Assembly: GCA_030704615.1 (NCBI GenBank)
Contig: CM060733.1
Location: forward strand, 70,060,001 to 70,124,000
Source: Takakia lepidozioides
Lineage: Eukaryota > Plantae > Bryophyta
Reading direction: 5' to 3'
DNA: 64,000 nt
Shown here: positions 13,121-26,707 of the stretch, piece after piece
Layout of the letters: each line of letters opens with the position of its first letter
How positions within the stretch are numbered: position 1 is the first letter of the stretch
Translations under genes and position numbers: made by a program
The notes under the pieces: generated by a model
Told to the model about the DNA's origin: nothing
What the model saw: the letters and a program-made list of their open reading frames with translations, nothing else
Databases searched by the model: none

Positions 13121-15150
13121 GGTAGCCCTTAGCACCACTGACAACCTCAAGCTCAAGAGAAAGCTATTTAAAAGCTAACTATCCACATCTCTAGGAAAGA
13201 GGAATAGACATAGGAGAAGCATCTAGACCTCTTACTCCTCCAAAACCAGAGGGTACATCACCATTGTTTGAAGATCCTAATTTAGGTGCCACATCTTTTT
13301 ATTCTTTACAAAAAAAATTAAGGGAGTTGGTGCAGGAAGAAGGTAGACCACAAGAGAAAAGGTAGGAGGTGCATCCCTAGATCAAGGATTTGGGAGAAAT
13401 CTCTGATCAAAGTTAGCATGGTACACCAAGGGCAGGAACTCCAGTTTCTGATACGCCAGCCAACGAAGGAGAGGAGAATGAGGAAGAGCCTGCTGAGAGT
13501 GCAAACTCTCCAACGGCGACTCATTTAAGCTATGTTAGTGAGGAAGAAAGAAACCAAGTCGAGGACTTGGAAGATGAAGGCTATGAGGAAGTAGAACCAA
13601 CAACAACTGTTGATACTACCACTGGGACTACCCAAACCATTGTAGCATGATCAAATGGTCCACTTGGATCACTAGCAAACAAAGGTGTCGGTTCAAAGGG
13701 ATCAAGCGGGCAGCTTGGATCGCCTTCTGGAGGGACAGGGAGTGTGGGAAATAGTACAACGGTAGCTGCGGCTACTACAAGTTCTCCGGGACTACAACTG
13801 GATTTGGACCAACACCAACCACAGGGCCGGTAATAGTACAACAGATGGCAGCAGTAGCTCAACTCGTATGAGACCACCTTTCCCAGTCTACTCAGGGAAA
13901 GGAGATCCTGATGTACACGTCAATCAATATGAGCACATGTGTATAGTGAACACTGAGAATGATGATGCAGCAAAGCTGAGACTATTTCCCTGTTCACTTA
14001 CCAAGAAAACAATTCTAGAGTGGTGTGATTGATTTCCTGATAACCATTTTGCAAATTGGAATGCTCTTAGAACAACATTCCGGAACAGATTCAGGACAAG
14101 CAAAATCACAGGAGAAGTGTACAGTAGTCTACAACAGTTGAGACAAAAAAAACATGAAACTGTTGAAGAGCCTGGTGTTCAAAATGCCAAAATGAAGGCC
14201 GAATGCCACATGAAGGAGAAACACTGTGCTATCTGTAAAATGAGTAACCATTCTACTGAGAATTGTTACTACAATTGAAAGATAGCAACAAGGGAGAATA
14301 GACAGGTGGGAGTGCATCAGGTGCAACCCCAGCCAAGAAGGAACAATGACCAAGGTAACTATGGAAGACCTGATGGATATAACAATGGCATGGCAAGAAG
14401 GGGTAATCCAAGAGGAAATTACCAAGGCAATCCCAGAGGCAACTATTAGGGTAATCCAAGGGGGAATTACCAGCCAGGGAATCAGGATTATAGGAATAAT
14501 CCCATAATGGACCAAGGGCGAGGACCCAATGGTGAAGAATTGTGTTACTATTGTAACCAACCAGGACATCGTAAGGTAGCCTGTCCATTGTGGATTAGAC
14601 ATCAAAATGAGATGAGAAATCCTGTAAATGAAGGCCCAATAGTGGCAGCTCACATGGTAATGCCATGTTTCGTACCAGAAGTGAGTACCATGATAGTTAC
14701 CAGAAGTAAAGCTAAGTTATTGCCTCCAGTGGATGAGGAAGAAGAAGACAATGAGGATGAGATGTGCCTAAAGATGATGAGGCCTGGAGGGAAGAGAAGG
14801 AACTGCACAAGGAGGTGGCAGATACTATAAGGGAAATGCAGAAGGATACAAAGATCCCTATAGCAAAGTCATCAGACTCTGAAGAAGAGGATGAAGATGA
14901 TGAAACATTGAAGCATGATGCTACACAGGTGCTAAATGCTGAAGGGGCATTGGCTGAAGTAATATGCCAATCAAAAGCTGAGATAACAATTGGGCAGCTA
15001 CTGGTTTTAGCACCCCACTGTAGGCACAGGCTATATCAGGCAATCAATCAAATTGCTGAAGTAACAGGAGATACAGAGAAGAGCAATAGAGTAACAAGTT
15101 ATAATGTGAAGCCAGAAGGGCGGGAAAGTGTCATGGATTTTGATGATTCC
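13120..15150 (+). mobile_element. Decayed LTR-retrotransposon gag region
   Basis: PPFPVYSGKGDPDVHVNQYE (~13875-13935, retrotransposon gag-like), GNYQG-rich linker, zinc knuckle CYYCNQPGHRKVAC (~14542-14583), IVTRSK and EITIGQLL motifs; many stops. Confidence 0.75.
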
Positions 15151-15733
15151 ATGCGAGACATCGGTTCTCACATAGGGCCCACCCCTGAAAAGGGGCAGTA
15201 GCCGTAAGGCAAAGTGGCTCTTAGTTACTCAATCAAATTGTCTTCCAACCCTAAGCTCTCAAGTCTTTCTGGCCATGTGTGCAGGTGTTCAGGCGAGCCC
15301 GCAGAAAGACACGGGGTTGCTTGCTTGCGCTAGTCTTGGGATGGGCCCACACATGATAAGACACCCTACATGTGCTAAAAATAAAGAAAGAATAGGGGCG
15401 GGCCCGTCCTACATGTGGTAAGAAATGAAGCATAGTGGCCGGCCATTGGGCCGGGCATGCCCTCCCTAACATGTGCACCCTCTTAGCCCTGACCAAACCC
15501 CTCGACATATTGTGCACCCAGCCAATTTCCTATTCATACCATGGTATAGTCCTTGTTTTTGCCCATAATACGGGTATGCACCCGGGTATTGCCTTGGCAG
15601 CCAGACCCTATATACCAGTCCAACACTGGTTTTAACCCCATTAGTTGCGGCGTAGAAAGTAGCAAGGAAGGCAGTCGATGATTTGAGTCTAGGGAGATCA
15701 GAAACCTGCTGGCGAGCTGTTTGGGAGAGACGA

Positions 15734-16249
15734 AGGGACCATTTGAACATCTCTCTCTCACTCTCTCTCTCACCACAAACTGCGGAGCTACATCATGCCC
15801 GTTCTTTGTTTTTTCTTCCACCGTATGCATATCTTGTGCAAATAAGTGCTCACGTGGGTGCCAATTTGAAATAGTTTCCCAGTTGTTTCAAGTTTGGCAT
15901 GAGCATGTTTTCTGCATTTTCCCGGAGTATAGCATGTGGAATATCCTATTTCGCTCACAGTAGCCTGAGTTACCCAACCTCGAGAAATAAAAGGGACCAT
16001 TTGAACATCTCTCTCTCACTCTCTCTCTCTCCACAAACTGCGGAGCTACATCATGCCCGTTCTTTCTTTTTTCTTCCATAGTATGCATATTTTGTGCAAA
16101 TAAGTGCTCGCGTGGGTGCCAATTTGAAATAGTTTCCCAGTTGTTTCAAGTTTGGCATGAGCATGTTTTCTGCATTTTCCCGGAGTATAGCATGTGGAAT
16201 ATCCTATTTCGCTCGCGGTAGCCTGATTTACCCAACCTCGAGAAATAAA
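15734..16249. repeat. Near-perfect ~258-bp tandem duplication
   Basis: agggaccatttgaacatctctc...caacctcgagaaataaaa occurs twice in succession. Confidence 0.9.
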
Positions 16250-16464
16250 ACCCAAGATGGCCACAACCACACATGTACGAAAAGCAAAGGCAAGAAAGTG
16301 CACCACATTTCCATCTCATTTGTCCCAAAGGAAAAGGGTCAGGATTAAGTAGAGTTGCCCACAGGGACCACGAAAGCACAACACTTCCTCATTCATCATT
16401 ACAACTGAAAGAAAGAGACATGTTTCCAAACTGAGACTACAGTTCTCTGTACTGTCACACACAC

Positions 16465-19400
16465 TCAAAATGCTGCAGCAAGAGCTTTACTCATTGCTGT
16501 TTGCTCAGCTCCTCCTAAGCTCTATAAGGACAAGATAGGACCTGTCTCAAAAATGTCAACTTAACAGGCATTGTCAGCAAGTAATGCAGCTTTGTCAAAG
16601 ATGCGACCACAAAGACACTACACATAGCTCACACATTCTCTCTCTCTCTGTCTCTCTCTCTCTCTCACACACACACATATGCCCTTCCTCTCCCCGATTC
16701 CCTGCTTAACAGCACTCTCTCAATAAATCTACAAAGAGTTTGCTGCCAGGTTCTTTAGAATCTGACAATGCCAAACAACGACCAGGTAGAGCTACTCAAT
16801 ACTATAGATTGAACAGAAATATGGGAAAGCTACCAGGACTATACGACAACCCTGCAACACATTTCTTGTGACTGAAGCATCCGCCCTTGGTATTCAAGGA
16901 AGTGAAGTTGAAGGGAAGCTAAGGTAGACAAGGAAGGCAATCTTGATACTCACTTGCAATCCTCAACTTAAAGAAAAATCATCCAGTTTCCGCAAGAGCC
17001 CTCATTGCCATCATTGGCCGGCGAACTTGTGGCCAGCGATTTGCACGCAGCAACCAACAACTTCCACAGAGGCTCTAGCTTACCTGCTGTGGATAATTCC
17101 CATACCCCGGGTAGTTTCCATATGCATACACTCCTGCATCCTGAAGTGGTGGAGGCGCATATCCATATCCATCATAGCCTTGCGGATATCCTCCATAATA
17201 CCCCCCAGCTCCATTCCATTGGTTGGGATCTTGGTGTGGCTGTCCCCACCCTGCCGGTGATTGCTGCCTCTGCAAACCCCAATCACTGGTCAGTAAAGCC
17301 AGCCCTGTGAAAGAATAATGCACCGAAACAAATACAATAGGCTAAACCTTTCAAGTTTACAACATTCCCAGAACAGAATTGCAGGCTTCCCCGTTGAAAT
17401 CACCAGAGGTAGTTGACCTATTGAGGATGCTTAAATCAAGTTCAGTGGTCGACTAATGAAAGCACATGGGAGCTTCAGACAAAGGGAAGAGAACTTACAT
17501 CGTGGGTTACCTGCTTGTTGCCGGGACTTCGGCCCCACGACAAGCGCACAGACTGTGAGCCAACAACACTGCCATGTAACCTTTGCAAAGCCTCCTCTGC
17601 ACATGCCCTACAAAGTCCAAAACAAGAACCACATCCAAATTTCCATCAAAAGTCAAACCCCCAAAAAAGACATTGTCAAGGCAAGTCCATAAGAGTACCA
17701 CAGGTAGCTTTCTGAGACTAGATATACAAATGAAGACACAAACCCCCGTGTCCCATCAGCCACATTCACCATGACATTCCATCTTCAAAACTCAACATAT
17801 AAAAGACTGAGAAGACATCCACCATTTCCAACCAACACCACCAGCAAGTGGCCAGGTGAAACCTGATGTGATGCCCAGTGGCAGACTGGACAATGGTGTT
17901 GTCAAACAAGCGCCGGCAGCTCTTGCAGAATGGAGTCCAAGAAAAAGCACAGAATAGATGAGCTTGCAATATCTTCTCAGCAGGATTTTATATACAGAAG
18001 TCAAAAGGACTACCTGTGAGAAAACTGGACAAAGCCACAGCCTTTGCCAGCTGGTATCTTGACATAAACCAGATCTCCAAACTGCCCAAACACAGCTTTC
18101 AAATCATCATCGGTTACGCTGGGATCCAGACCTCCCACAAATATCTGCAGAGTCAAATATCATCCATGTGAGATTTAACCATACCAAGATGATGGTACCT
18201 GTTCAACAAGTTATTATTCTATAAATCAAGATGAAATACATTTTAAGTCATGGTGGCACTTGCAAAAAGACGCTTCACATAATTTGCACAATTTAGGTTT
18301 TAGAGATGCCCGCACTTTTGTTCAGTTTCAACAATACATTGAAAATGTAGTCACTTTAAGAACTAACTCCTGCACTTCTCTACTTGTCTATCTTAATCAT
18401 GTGCCCCTCAAGATCTCGCCCGTAAGGTTGCACACACAACGGATAATACTGACACCTAGGCCACAATTTGGAAGCATTCTACTTGCACGTTCAGAAGTGA
18501 AACTGCCAAAACCGGAAAATTGGAAAACATAACTGATGGTGCACAACCCCTGCATACAGGGAAAATGCAGAACTTGAAATTGATTTGACATTGAACTTAC
18601 TGTTGTGTTGTTGGGATCATTGTCAGATGCAAATGCCTGTTGAGGTGGCACAGGTCCACCATAGGCTGAAGCAGCTTGATAAGGCCCAGCGGCAGCTGGA
18701 CAAACTATCCACCCACACCCACATATCATCCTTCACTGAAAAACTGTGAAGAGGACCTTAGGTACATCCAATGCAGAAAACCTGATAAATCATGGAAGCT
18801 AATCGAACCACTAGCTACAGCAAAATGTCATTCCATTCTTGGGTAAAAAAGGCCTACTCTTCCAAAGATGCGAGGAGAGATCATGTGAATCTTCATGGCA
18901 ATACAAATAGTATCAATTCTGAAAGGATAGCGACACCTGGGAATCTCAGTATGGAGGAAATAAGATATCCCAAAGATTGTGTAGTTCACAAGCAAAGCAC
19001 ATGACAGTGACATCCTCCCTTTGGTGGAGAGTAAGGGCACTGAGAATAATAACTTGTCGAAGCCCCTATCTGACATTGCGTGACATGCCTCAGATATAAA
19101 TAGCTAGCCTTAGTCAGAGGATGGGTGGCTTTGAAAAAAGACAGCATAAGCAAAAAAGACTAGCATATATAAACATAAAATACCTATATCTATATCTATA
19201 TAATCACGCATCGGATGAACAGAACAATGCATTGAAACCAGAGACAGAAAACAAAAGCCTCTCAAGTTGGGAGAGGCACTTCTTTTCCACTCTGTGGACA
19301 TGCAGTCCAGGTCATAAAAGCCCTTAGAGCATCAACTTGTCTTCACATGAACGACAAATCTTGAAGGAATGGCAGGAAGAGGAAAGGAGTTCCGGAACAA

Positions 19401-21791
19401 AATAGCCTCCACAGAAAGGAGAAATAAGTTGGCACTGTAGCTAGCAGAAACAAAGTGGAATTGTAGGTGTTGAAATGAAGATAAGATGGCTTCAGTCAAC
19501 AGAATGCGCGAAATGCAGCAGCAAAATCGTGCAAACAGCGAGACTGACCTAAATCAGAGGTCACCCACTATAATGAGGGTGCTTTCCCAGTTGCCGGGTT
19601 TTGTTCCAAGGCACCCCTGTAGCAAGCCTCTTTCCCTCCTGCTTTGAAACAATTTATGCCTTAATAAGCTTCCCCCACCATTACAGCCTCTCAGCACTGA
19701 TGCTTACAGCTTTGCAAAACACAACATCTTGCCCTCAGGATTTGCCACTGTCGGCCAGGTCGCGAGAGAAGAAATTCTTGTAAGATCTTGCTTAAATGAA
19801 AAATACTGAAGTATGAACTTCAGTAATGGATAATGAGGGCACATCAATATAGAAGTCTTCTCATAAATCAGAAACTAACATTCCGGATTGGCTGCCACAT
19901 CCATCAAGCATGTCCAAAATAGAAAATTAAAAAGCTTATACAAACTGGGGGCAGTAAACCATCTTGTGTAGGTAGTTACGATGAGCTGAGGACATGCTTT
20001 CACTAAGGTTTTATTTATTCATATTCCACAAATCAAAACCAAGCTCCATTTCCACCACGTAACTGGTAGCAGATACTGCATAGAACCACTGTTAGGCTCA
20101 ACAGTAAGAACTGGTCAAAACCCAGGGTCCGTTGACAAGTTCTTTATCTATCCTTCAGTCTTGCTGACAAGTCATCATACCTTTTGTGTTGGGCTGTTGA
20201 GCTGGACCCAAAGACTTTTTGGGAGTGGCTGCACTAATCCGCATTGGCCTGCTAGAGCAGTAAATTCCGTTCATCTCAGACATAGCCCGGTTCCTCTCCA
20301 TTTCATCACCAAACCTCACAAAGCCATAACCCTTAGAGCGGCCAGTGTTGGGATCTGTGACAACCTTCGCACCTTTCACAGAAGGATAACGGGAGCGAAA
20401 AGTCTCTTGCAGAATGTAATCGGTCACATCAGGAGCCAAATCTCCTACAAAAATGGAGTGCTCTGGTCCAGCTTCAGGTCGCCTTTCTCCAATTCCAAAA
20501 GATGCCCAATTAAGACGTAAAGGTTGCTCCGTATTAGGCATTTGTGTACCATTGTAGTTTTGAAGGATGTTCTCTGCTGCTGCATGAGAAACAAACTCTA
20601 CAAATCCATATCCCTCTGAATACCCTGTCTGCTTGTTGCGAATGATTTTCACAGACTGCACCTGAAATTTTTCATCAACCCCCCAGTATTAACACAAGCC
20701 ATCCTGCCATTTAATTTAGTACTAGGCAGCAAGAATCTCTCAAGAGCCTTAAAGATAACAAGGGTGCACCTGAACAAGCAAATTCCCAAGTGTGTCCAAG
20801 TGTAGTCTGTAGACAAAGAGGACCCCATGTGACCAGCACTCACTTTGGAGCAAATCAAGAACGTCCATAGACAGTTTGATAAATGGAGGCCATGACCTGT
20901 GACCTCTTAGGTGGAGAAGTACAATACACATTTGGTCATAATACAAAAAACCCACTTGGAAGGAAATCCCCTCTTAGGGTCTGAGGTTTCTGCCCGGACT
21001 AGTGAGGTGAAACAACTGAGAGCACAAAAATCCGTTTCACCTTGTTTTCAAGCACCTCTGACCATCTACCTGGAGAGGAGTAAGGAAAAGCTCGAGTCTC
21101 ATAAACTTCACGGAAATAGGGTACAAAATGAGACAAGGATAACTGGCTCACACTCAGTAAGATGTCTAACTTGACTACTTGAACGACCCTTGGCCTCTTC
21201 TAACAATTACTCGGAACTTCCATCACCCTATCCTTTCGTGCTTAGTTCTCCAAAACAAGTCATCGGAATGCACAAACTTGTGCTTCATCTTACAAACTGC
21301 CAGGAAAATATTTCGATTGAAACACATTCCTAGACATGTTCATGAACAGGAATCATATTGCCCCACAAGGAAGTCTGGTAACATATGCTAAAATGTAAGG
21401 AAATAAGCAACCTTCAATCGTTTATTCTGTGGAATATTTCCTTGGAATACCTTTCAAAAGTACATGAAGAGCGTCAAATAGACATTGCACATCCAAGCAG
21501 ACATGACGGGGTCGGATTTTGACTCACGAATCATGTAACTCTTCGACGTTACTAGCCCAAAACATATGAGACAAGCCTTCCAAAACCACCTACCTCTCCA
21601 GTGTGCACAAAGCAGTTATGCAAGTAGTTCTCGTCCATCCAATACTGGAGGTCGCCTACCCAGAGGGTTTTCACTTCCTCGTGAGGCTGCTGCGATTGTT
21701 GCACGCCCGGTTGCTGCTGCATCATCATCCACTGCTGCCCTTCTCCGCCCTGCTGCACAGGAGGCCCTACACCCACAGGCGATTGCATCAT
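16465..21791 (-). CDS. RBP47: Polyadenylate-binding RBP45/RBP47-family protein (Q-rich N-terminus, 3 RRMs). Exons approx. 21791-21594, 20661-20181, 18695-18601, 18144-18014, 17607-17511, 17269-17084, putative last exon 16521-16465 (or read-through stop at 17075)
   Basis: KTLWVGDLQYWMDENYL, SEGYGFVEF, SIFVGDLAPDVTD, SKGYGFVRF, DNDPNNTT|IFVGGLD, KGCGFVQF, VRLSWGRSP. GT-AG junctions are phase-compatible with no stops. The last two exon boundaries are less certain, and RBP45 versus RBP47 cannot be separated by eye. Confidence 0.93.
16637..16680. repeat. (TC)n(CA)n microsatellite
   Basis: tctctctctctctgtctctctctctctctcacacacacac. Confidence 0.9.
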
Positions 21792-22683
21792 CTCTCTCCT
21801 TCTCTCTGATTCTTTTCTTTCTCAATAGTCTCTCTTACTTTCGTCCAAACTCGGTACAGTATCTGTCCGCTGTGCGACCCTTCCCAAGTATGACCGAAGA
21901 AACTCCCGGACAAATAGCTCTTTCTCTGCTTTCAAATTCTCCTTCCTCTCTACCCTTTCCTTCTCCCTAATCACTGAGTCTTAAATTCCGTTTCAACAGC
22001 CGCAAAGCAGCCCCAAGCTCCTTTCAAACACTCTCCAGACATGAACCACGCGAATGCTGCTGCTCCCGCACACAATCTGTGCTGCTCCCGCGCGCACTTT
22101 GCCTACCGGTACATGAGAGGGCGCCCAGCCGGGGCGCGGCCCTAAGCTACGCCAACCCACGGCCCAGAACTATCCCTCGCGCCACGTGCCTCCATCCCAC
22201 GAGCTAAGCCCTTTAAACCACCATCTTAACCCGGGCTAGTTACAAACCCTGGCGCCAGGTCACGTCGCTGTTGATGATGAGGATCCCTGCGACGGCGCCA
22301 TCGCTCCCTGGGCGTCCGTCGACGGCGCACACGGCCTCCGTCTAATCTCCGTGGACAGAATGTGGGCCGCGGTAGATCGGTTTTCGGGTGCGGAAGGCCC
22401 CGCTTGGGAGATCCAATGGTCAGAACTCGCAATCTCTGGATCGGACGGTTATGGACGTAGATAACGTTGACGATAGAGTTGCTGACTCCGCATTTCATGC
22501 ACCACCCGCACCTCGCCACGTGCTGGCTATCTGCCGAATTCGTGGCCAATATCTTCTTAAGCGGATAATAAACGGAGCCAAAGGTGGCTATACTTGGCTA
22601 TTCCTTCCAATAACTATAATAATAATATTTGACGCCTCCCCAAGGAAGCGTAAATCATGGTGTTCGAAGGAGGTGGACACCTT

Positions 22684-22762
22684 TGTGACACCAAGGGTGG
22701 ATTGAACCCACAACCACTTCTGAAGTTATATGTGCGTATGTGCCCATTACCACTGGGCTACA
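22684..22762 (-). other. tRNA-like / tRNA-derived SINE-head relic
   Basis: Minus strand reads TAGCCCAGTGGTAATGG (A box) ... GGGTTCAATCC (B box); cloverleaf not convincing. Confidence 0.5.
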
Positions 22763-24639
22763 ACTTGGTTGTCTCCCATGACTAGATAACCTTACCAACT
22801 ACCAGCTGCGACTTCTGAGAACAACGTCCAAATAGATGGGCTACATAAAGTTTTATATGAAAAAATGAAAATTTATTTAATTTGATAGTAATTTGACAAG
22901 ATCGTTTTGATACAACAAGTTAGCAATTTTTATTTTTTTGTAAATTTGGATTATGAATGTTGTTTATATGATATATTTTTCATCTTCAATTCGTTTGGAT
23001 TTTGACTTAACATCGCGGTTTCGTGAAAAAGCTTCTAGTTAATGCATATTTGTTCCAGCGTTCATCATGTATTTTGTCTTTAATTAAAACATATTTTATC
23101 CGGCTCTCTGCAATAACATTTTGTTTTTCCATATTATTTGAAGTTATACACATGCCCAAGTTGTTTTGATAAAAATATTTGTCTTGATAAAATTTATTGA
23201 TATTTTGTTCTGTCACTTTGCAATACATTTGTCCACGTTTTTTTTATTGGCGAATTTTTGTCAGATTTCGACGTCAAAAAATAAAATGGAATATTTTGTC
23301 AAAAATCACCTGTTTTTTCATGGATGAATTCGCCAAATATGGATAATATATATGGATTATAATAAAGAGATGGATGAATTTCAGTGGATGAACAGAATGT
23401 ACTCCTATTTTTCGCAAAACTCTGTAGCCTCTTGTGTTGTTTTCCAAATTTCTTAGAAAATAGACTGCACCTGCCAGTCTATCCTTTTCACTCAAGCTGT
23501 GCAAAATTGGATGCCATCCTTGGGGCCGGTACATGTCAAAAGGAAGTTTCTGAGATTTGTAAGTATGTCAGTCTTAATATTACAAAACATTCTGGTCTAA
23601 TATGGGCACTTGGTTGTATGTGATAGCCTCCCGATAGCCTCTTGGGCCATGCAGTTTTACTACCATGGAGGCCGTTATATTTCGACGGACCCCTGCCGGA
23701 ATCATTATGTGAATACATGCAGGTCACCAGGTTCGGCAGACTTAATGACAATATTAATTTTTTCATCTAAGCTTCATCCGATTTTTTCATGAAAATTATT
23801 CGCCTCTTTCATCTACTCCAAGGGCAAAATTTTAAAATATTCACAATCTCTTAAAATGAATTTATTGAAGTCGGAATAGAGCGACCTCTACGGTATATGT
23901 TTTAATTAAGGGACAACTAAAATTGTTAAGCAATATTGAATTCTCATGTACACCTACTCAAAAAATATTGTACCAGCACATCTAAGGTGGTTATCCAGGT
24001 TTGCTAGACTACCTACTTCTCCCATATACATTCTTCCAGCTTGAGTGCATGCAGGCCCAGGTTTAATATTAAAGAAGGTGGTTATTTGAGCTGGAAAATA
24101 AACTCTGTAGGACTATTTGAGGCAGGATAAGATATAAGGTCATGCAGTGAATTGACAAGACAACTTGGTGGATAGCTGGATCACACCATGTCCAGACAGA
24201 CAGAACAAATTCAGTCCCAACCTATTGTAAGAAGAAAGCGGGAAAGAATAAGTATCAATAATTATGTTGGAGAATGGCCCCAAGAAATAAAGGATTCAGT
24301 CCACTCCTCGAATACAACCCCCAAATCACGCCTGACCATGAAGGCTGCACATTACAGGAGGAAATAGTACCTCCAATACAGTGCAAAACCCTGGCCATAC
24401 CTGGAATTCCCAACCAAGCAGGGGCCCTGCGCTGGACAGCAAGAGAGAGCATAATCTCCCTCAAAACCTCCTTGGGGAGCCGAAGCTCCTCAGGCTGTTC
24501 AAGGAGTATTACACAATTTTTCGTAAGGAGGAAAAGAATATAATCTCGAATGATAGATATCGGTGGCTCGTACCGAAGGCTACTTGCAGCCACCCAGCAG
24601 CCTTGGACCAAGAGAGCCACAGAGCTGAACCCACAACCT

Positions 24640-25285
24640 GCGGCAGCAGGGACAAGTCCTCCACTAGTCCCAAATACTCATTTGCTTCTTTCTGCAGTCC
24701 CAAACACTCGGCAGGCCTCCTCAATGTTCCTGCATTTGGCATACATGTCAAGCAAGGCAGTATCTAGTGTGGTATCTGGCACAATTCTAGCCTTTTGAAT
24801 GTCAGCATGGACCTCCTTGCCCATCTCCCAGGCTGCGAGGCTGGCACAAACATTGGCAACACAGACAAATGTGACTTTGTTAGGGATCACCCATTGCTGA
24901 ATCATTTGCTCATAGGTCTCCAAAGCCTCCCGACCACATCCATGCTGGGCATATCATGTGATCATTGTGTTCCATGAGACCACACTGCGTTGAGCCCTAT
25001 TGTCAAATACATGATGGGTATCCTGTATGTCGTCGCATTCGGCATATATGTCAACCAAGGCAGTATCCAGAACAATATATGTCACAATTCTAGCTTTCAT
25101 GATGTCGGCATTGACAACTTTGCCCTTCTCTAGGGCTGCCAGACTTGCACAGACATTGACAATGCAGATGAACGTGACCTGGTCCGGTGTCACCACTTCT
25201 TGTATCATTTTCTCATAGGTCTCCAAAGCCTCCTTACAAAACCCATGCTGGGCATATCCTGCAATCATTGCACTCCATGACGTCG
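24640..25285 (-). pseudogene. PLS-class PPR gene fragments (two P-L-S-like units)
   Basis: SWSAMIAGYAQHG..EALETY, PDQVTFICIVNVCASLAALEKGK, TALVDIYAEC, VVSWNTMI, TALLDMYAKC; stops and frameshifts. Confidence 0.9.
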
Positions 25286-26506
25286 GCTCCATAAAACCAC
25301 GTTTCCATCCAACATGGATGGAAATTTGGCGCCGTATTTCCATCCACGGGGTTGGATGAAACCATATTGGGACCAATCAGTGAACTTGGAATGGTGGATG
25401 GGGTGAGGAGGTATAGCAATGATTTTCCATATTCCATATTGATAGGGACCTCCCAATGAACTTGGAATGGTGGGTAGGGTAAAAAATACCACCTTGCTGC
25501 AGGATGAGCAATGATTTTACAAATTCCATTTTGAAACCCCGAGGTTTAAATTCATTGTCATGGTCCTGGATACAACGGATGTCGATATCAGAGGCCAACA
25601 TCTTTACGTGCACATCCTAGACACTGAATGTCAAATAGTGATGGTATGTTGCAGGGCCCCGTATCACTTTGCTGTCAGGCTTTGGCAACTCAGAAGGGCC
25701 TATGGCTCTTGTTGATTTCCATGGCAGCATTATAATTGCCTATTGCCGGGGTGGGGGTGGGGGCAGCGGGTGGGTAGAAGGTAGGGCGGTGGTTTGGATA
25801 TGAAGAGGGTTTATATATTTTTGATGGAACAATACAATATTATTGTTAACTATATTGTTGTGGGTGTGGGGATGGAGGATGCAGCTTCACAAACACACTA
25901 GCAGAACTTCCGTTGTTTGGGTGGCATCAGAAAGCAGATATACTAGGGGCCATTCTTTACTGTGTTTTACTTGTCCGTACCCTCATATTTATTATAATGT
26001 CCATAGTGCACATGTCTGACCACACATTCAATGGAAAGTTTTGCACTTGCATGCTTAGATCCACTCTGCATATAAGCATGTCCTTGTAATACTTGTGATG
26101 TTGTATTTGATTGGTGATGTGAGGTCATGTGAGGTCATGTAATGTTGCATTTGATTGGTGGTTGGCAGGGCTTTCTTAAGTTCAGCATACTTCAGGAGTG
26201 GATTGTTTATCAGTCATTCAGAATTGTGGCCTATGGTATGTGATATTGCAGAATTTTGAACAGATGAAATTGATGGGCAGGGTTGCATACGTCAGTGACA
26301 TCACGTCACGTCGGACCTGACGCTGACGCGACCAACGTCACGTCAGTTTTGTCGAAAAATCAGTAAAACATGAGTTAGGTGAAAATATGCCACGTAGGTG
26401 GACACGTTGTATTCCAAGCGACACCTTGGCAAGTGAATGAATTGTTTTATAACTTACTCCATCCGCCAATATTTGAGATAATTTTTAAATCATTATTGTT
26501 AAATTG

Positions 26507-26690
26507 GTGCGACCTCCAAATGGTGGTGGTCGCAGAATTTATCTTATTTTCTAATAGTTGTGACCACCAGCAGAGGGGTTGTCGCAGCATTTTTCTTTTT
26601 TCTAATAGGTGCGACCATCAGTAGGGGGGTGGTCGCAACAATTTTCTTTTTTTAATAGGTGCGACCACCAGCAAGGGGGTGGTCGCAACA
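26507..26690. repeat. Left array of TGCGACCACC-N-GGTGGTCGCA palindromes (continues at 31204-31340 after the CACTA insertion)
   Basis: Four ~50-bp units with T-rich spacers. Confidence 0.9.
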
Positions 26691-26707
26691 ATTTTTTTTT
26701 TTTAATA

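Noticed and set aside
22850-24000. MITE in the AT-rich stretch
   Set aside because: Could not define TIRs or a TSD.
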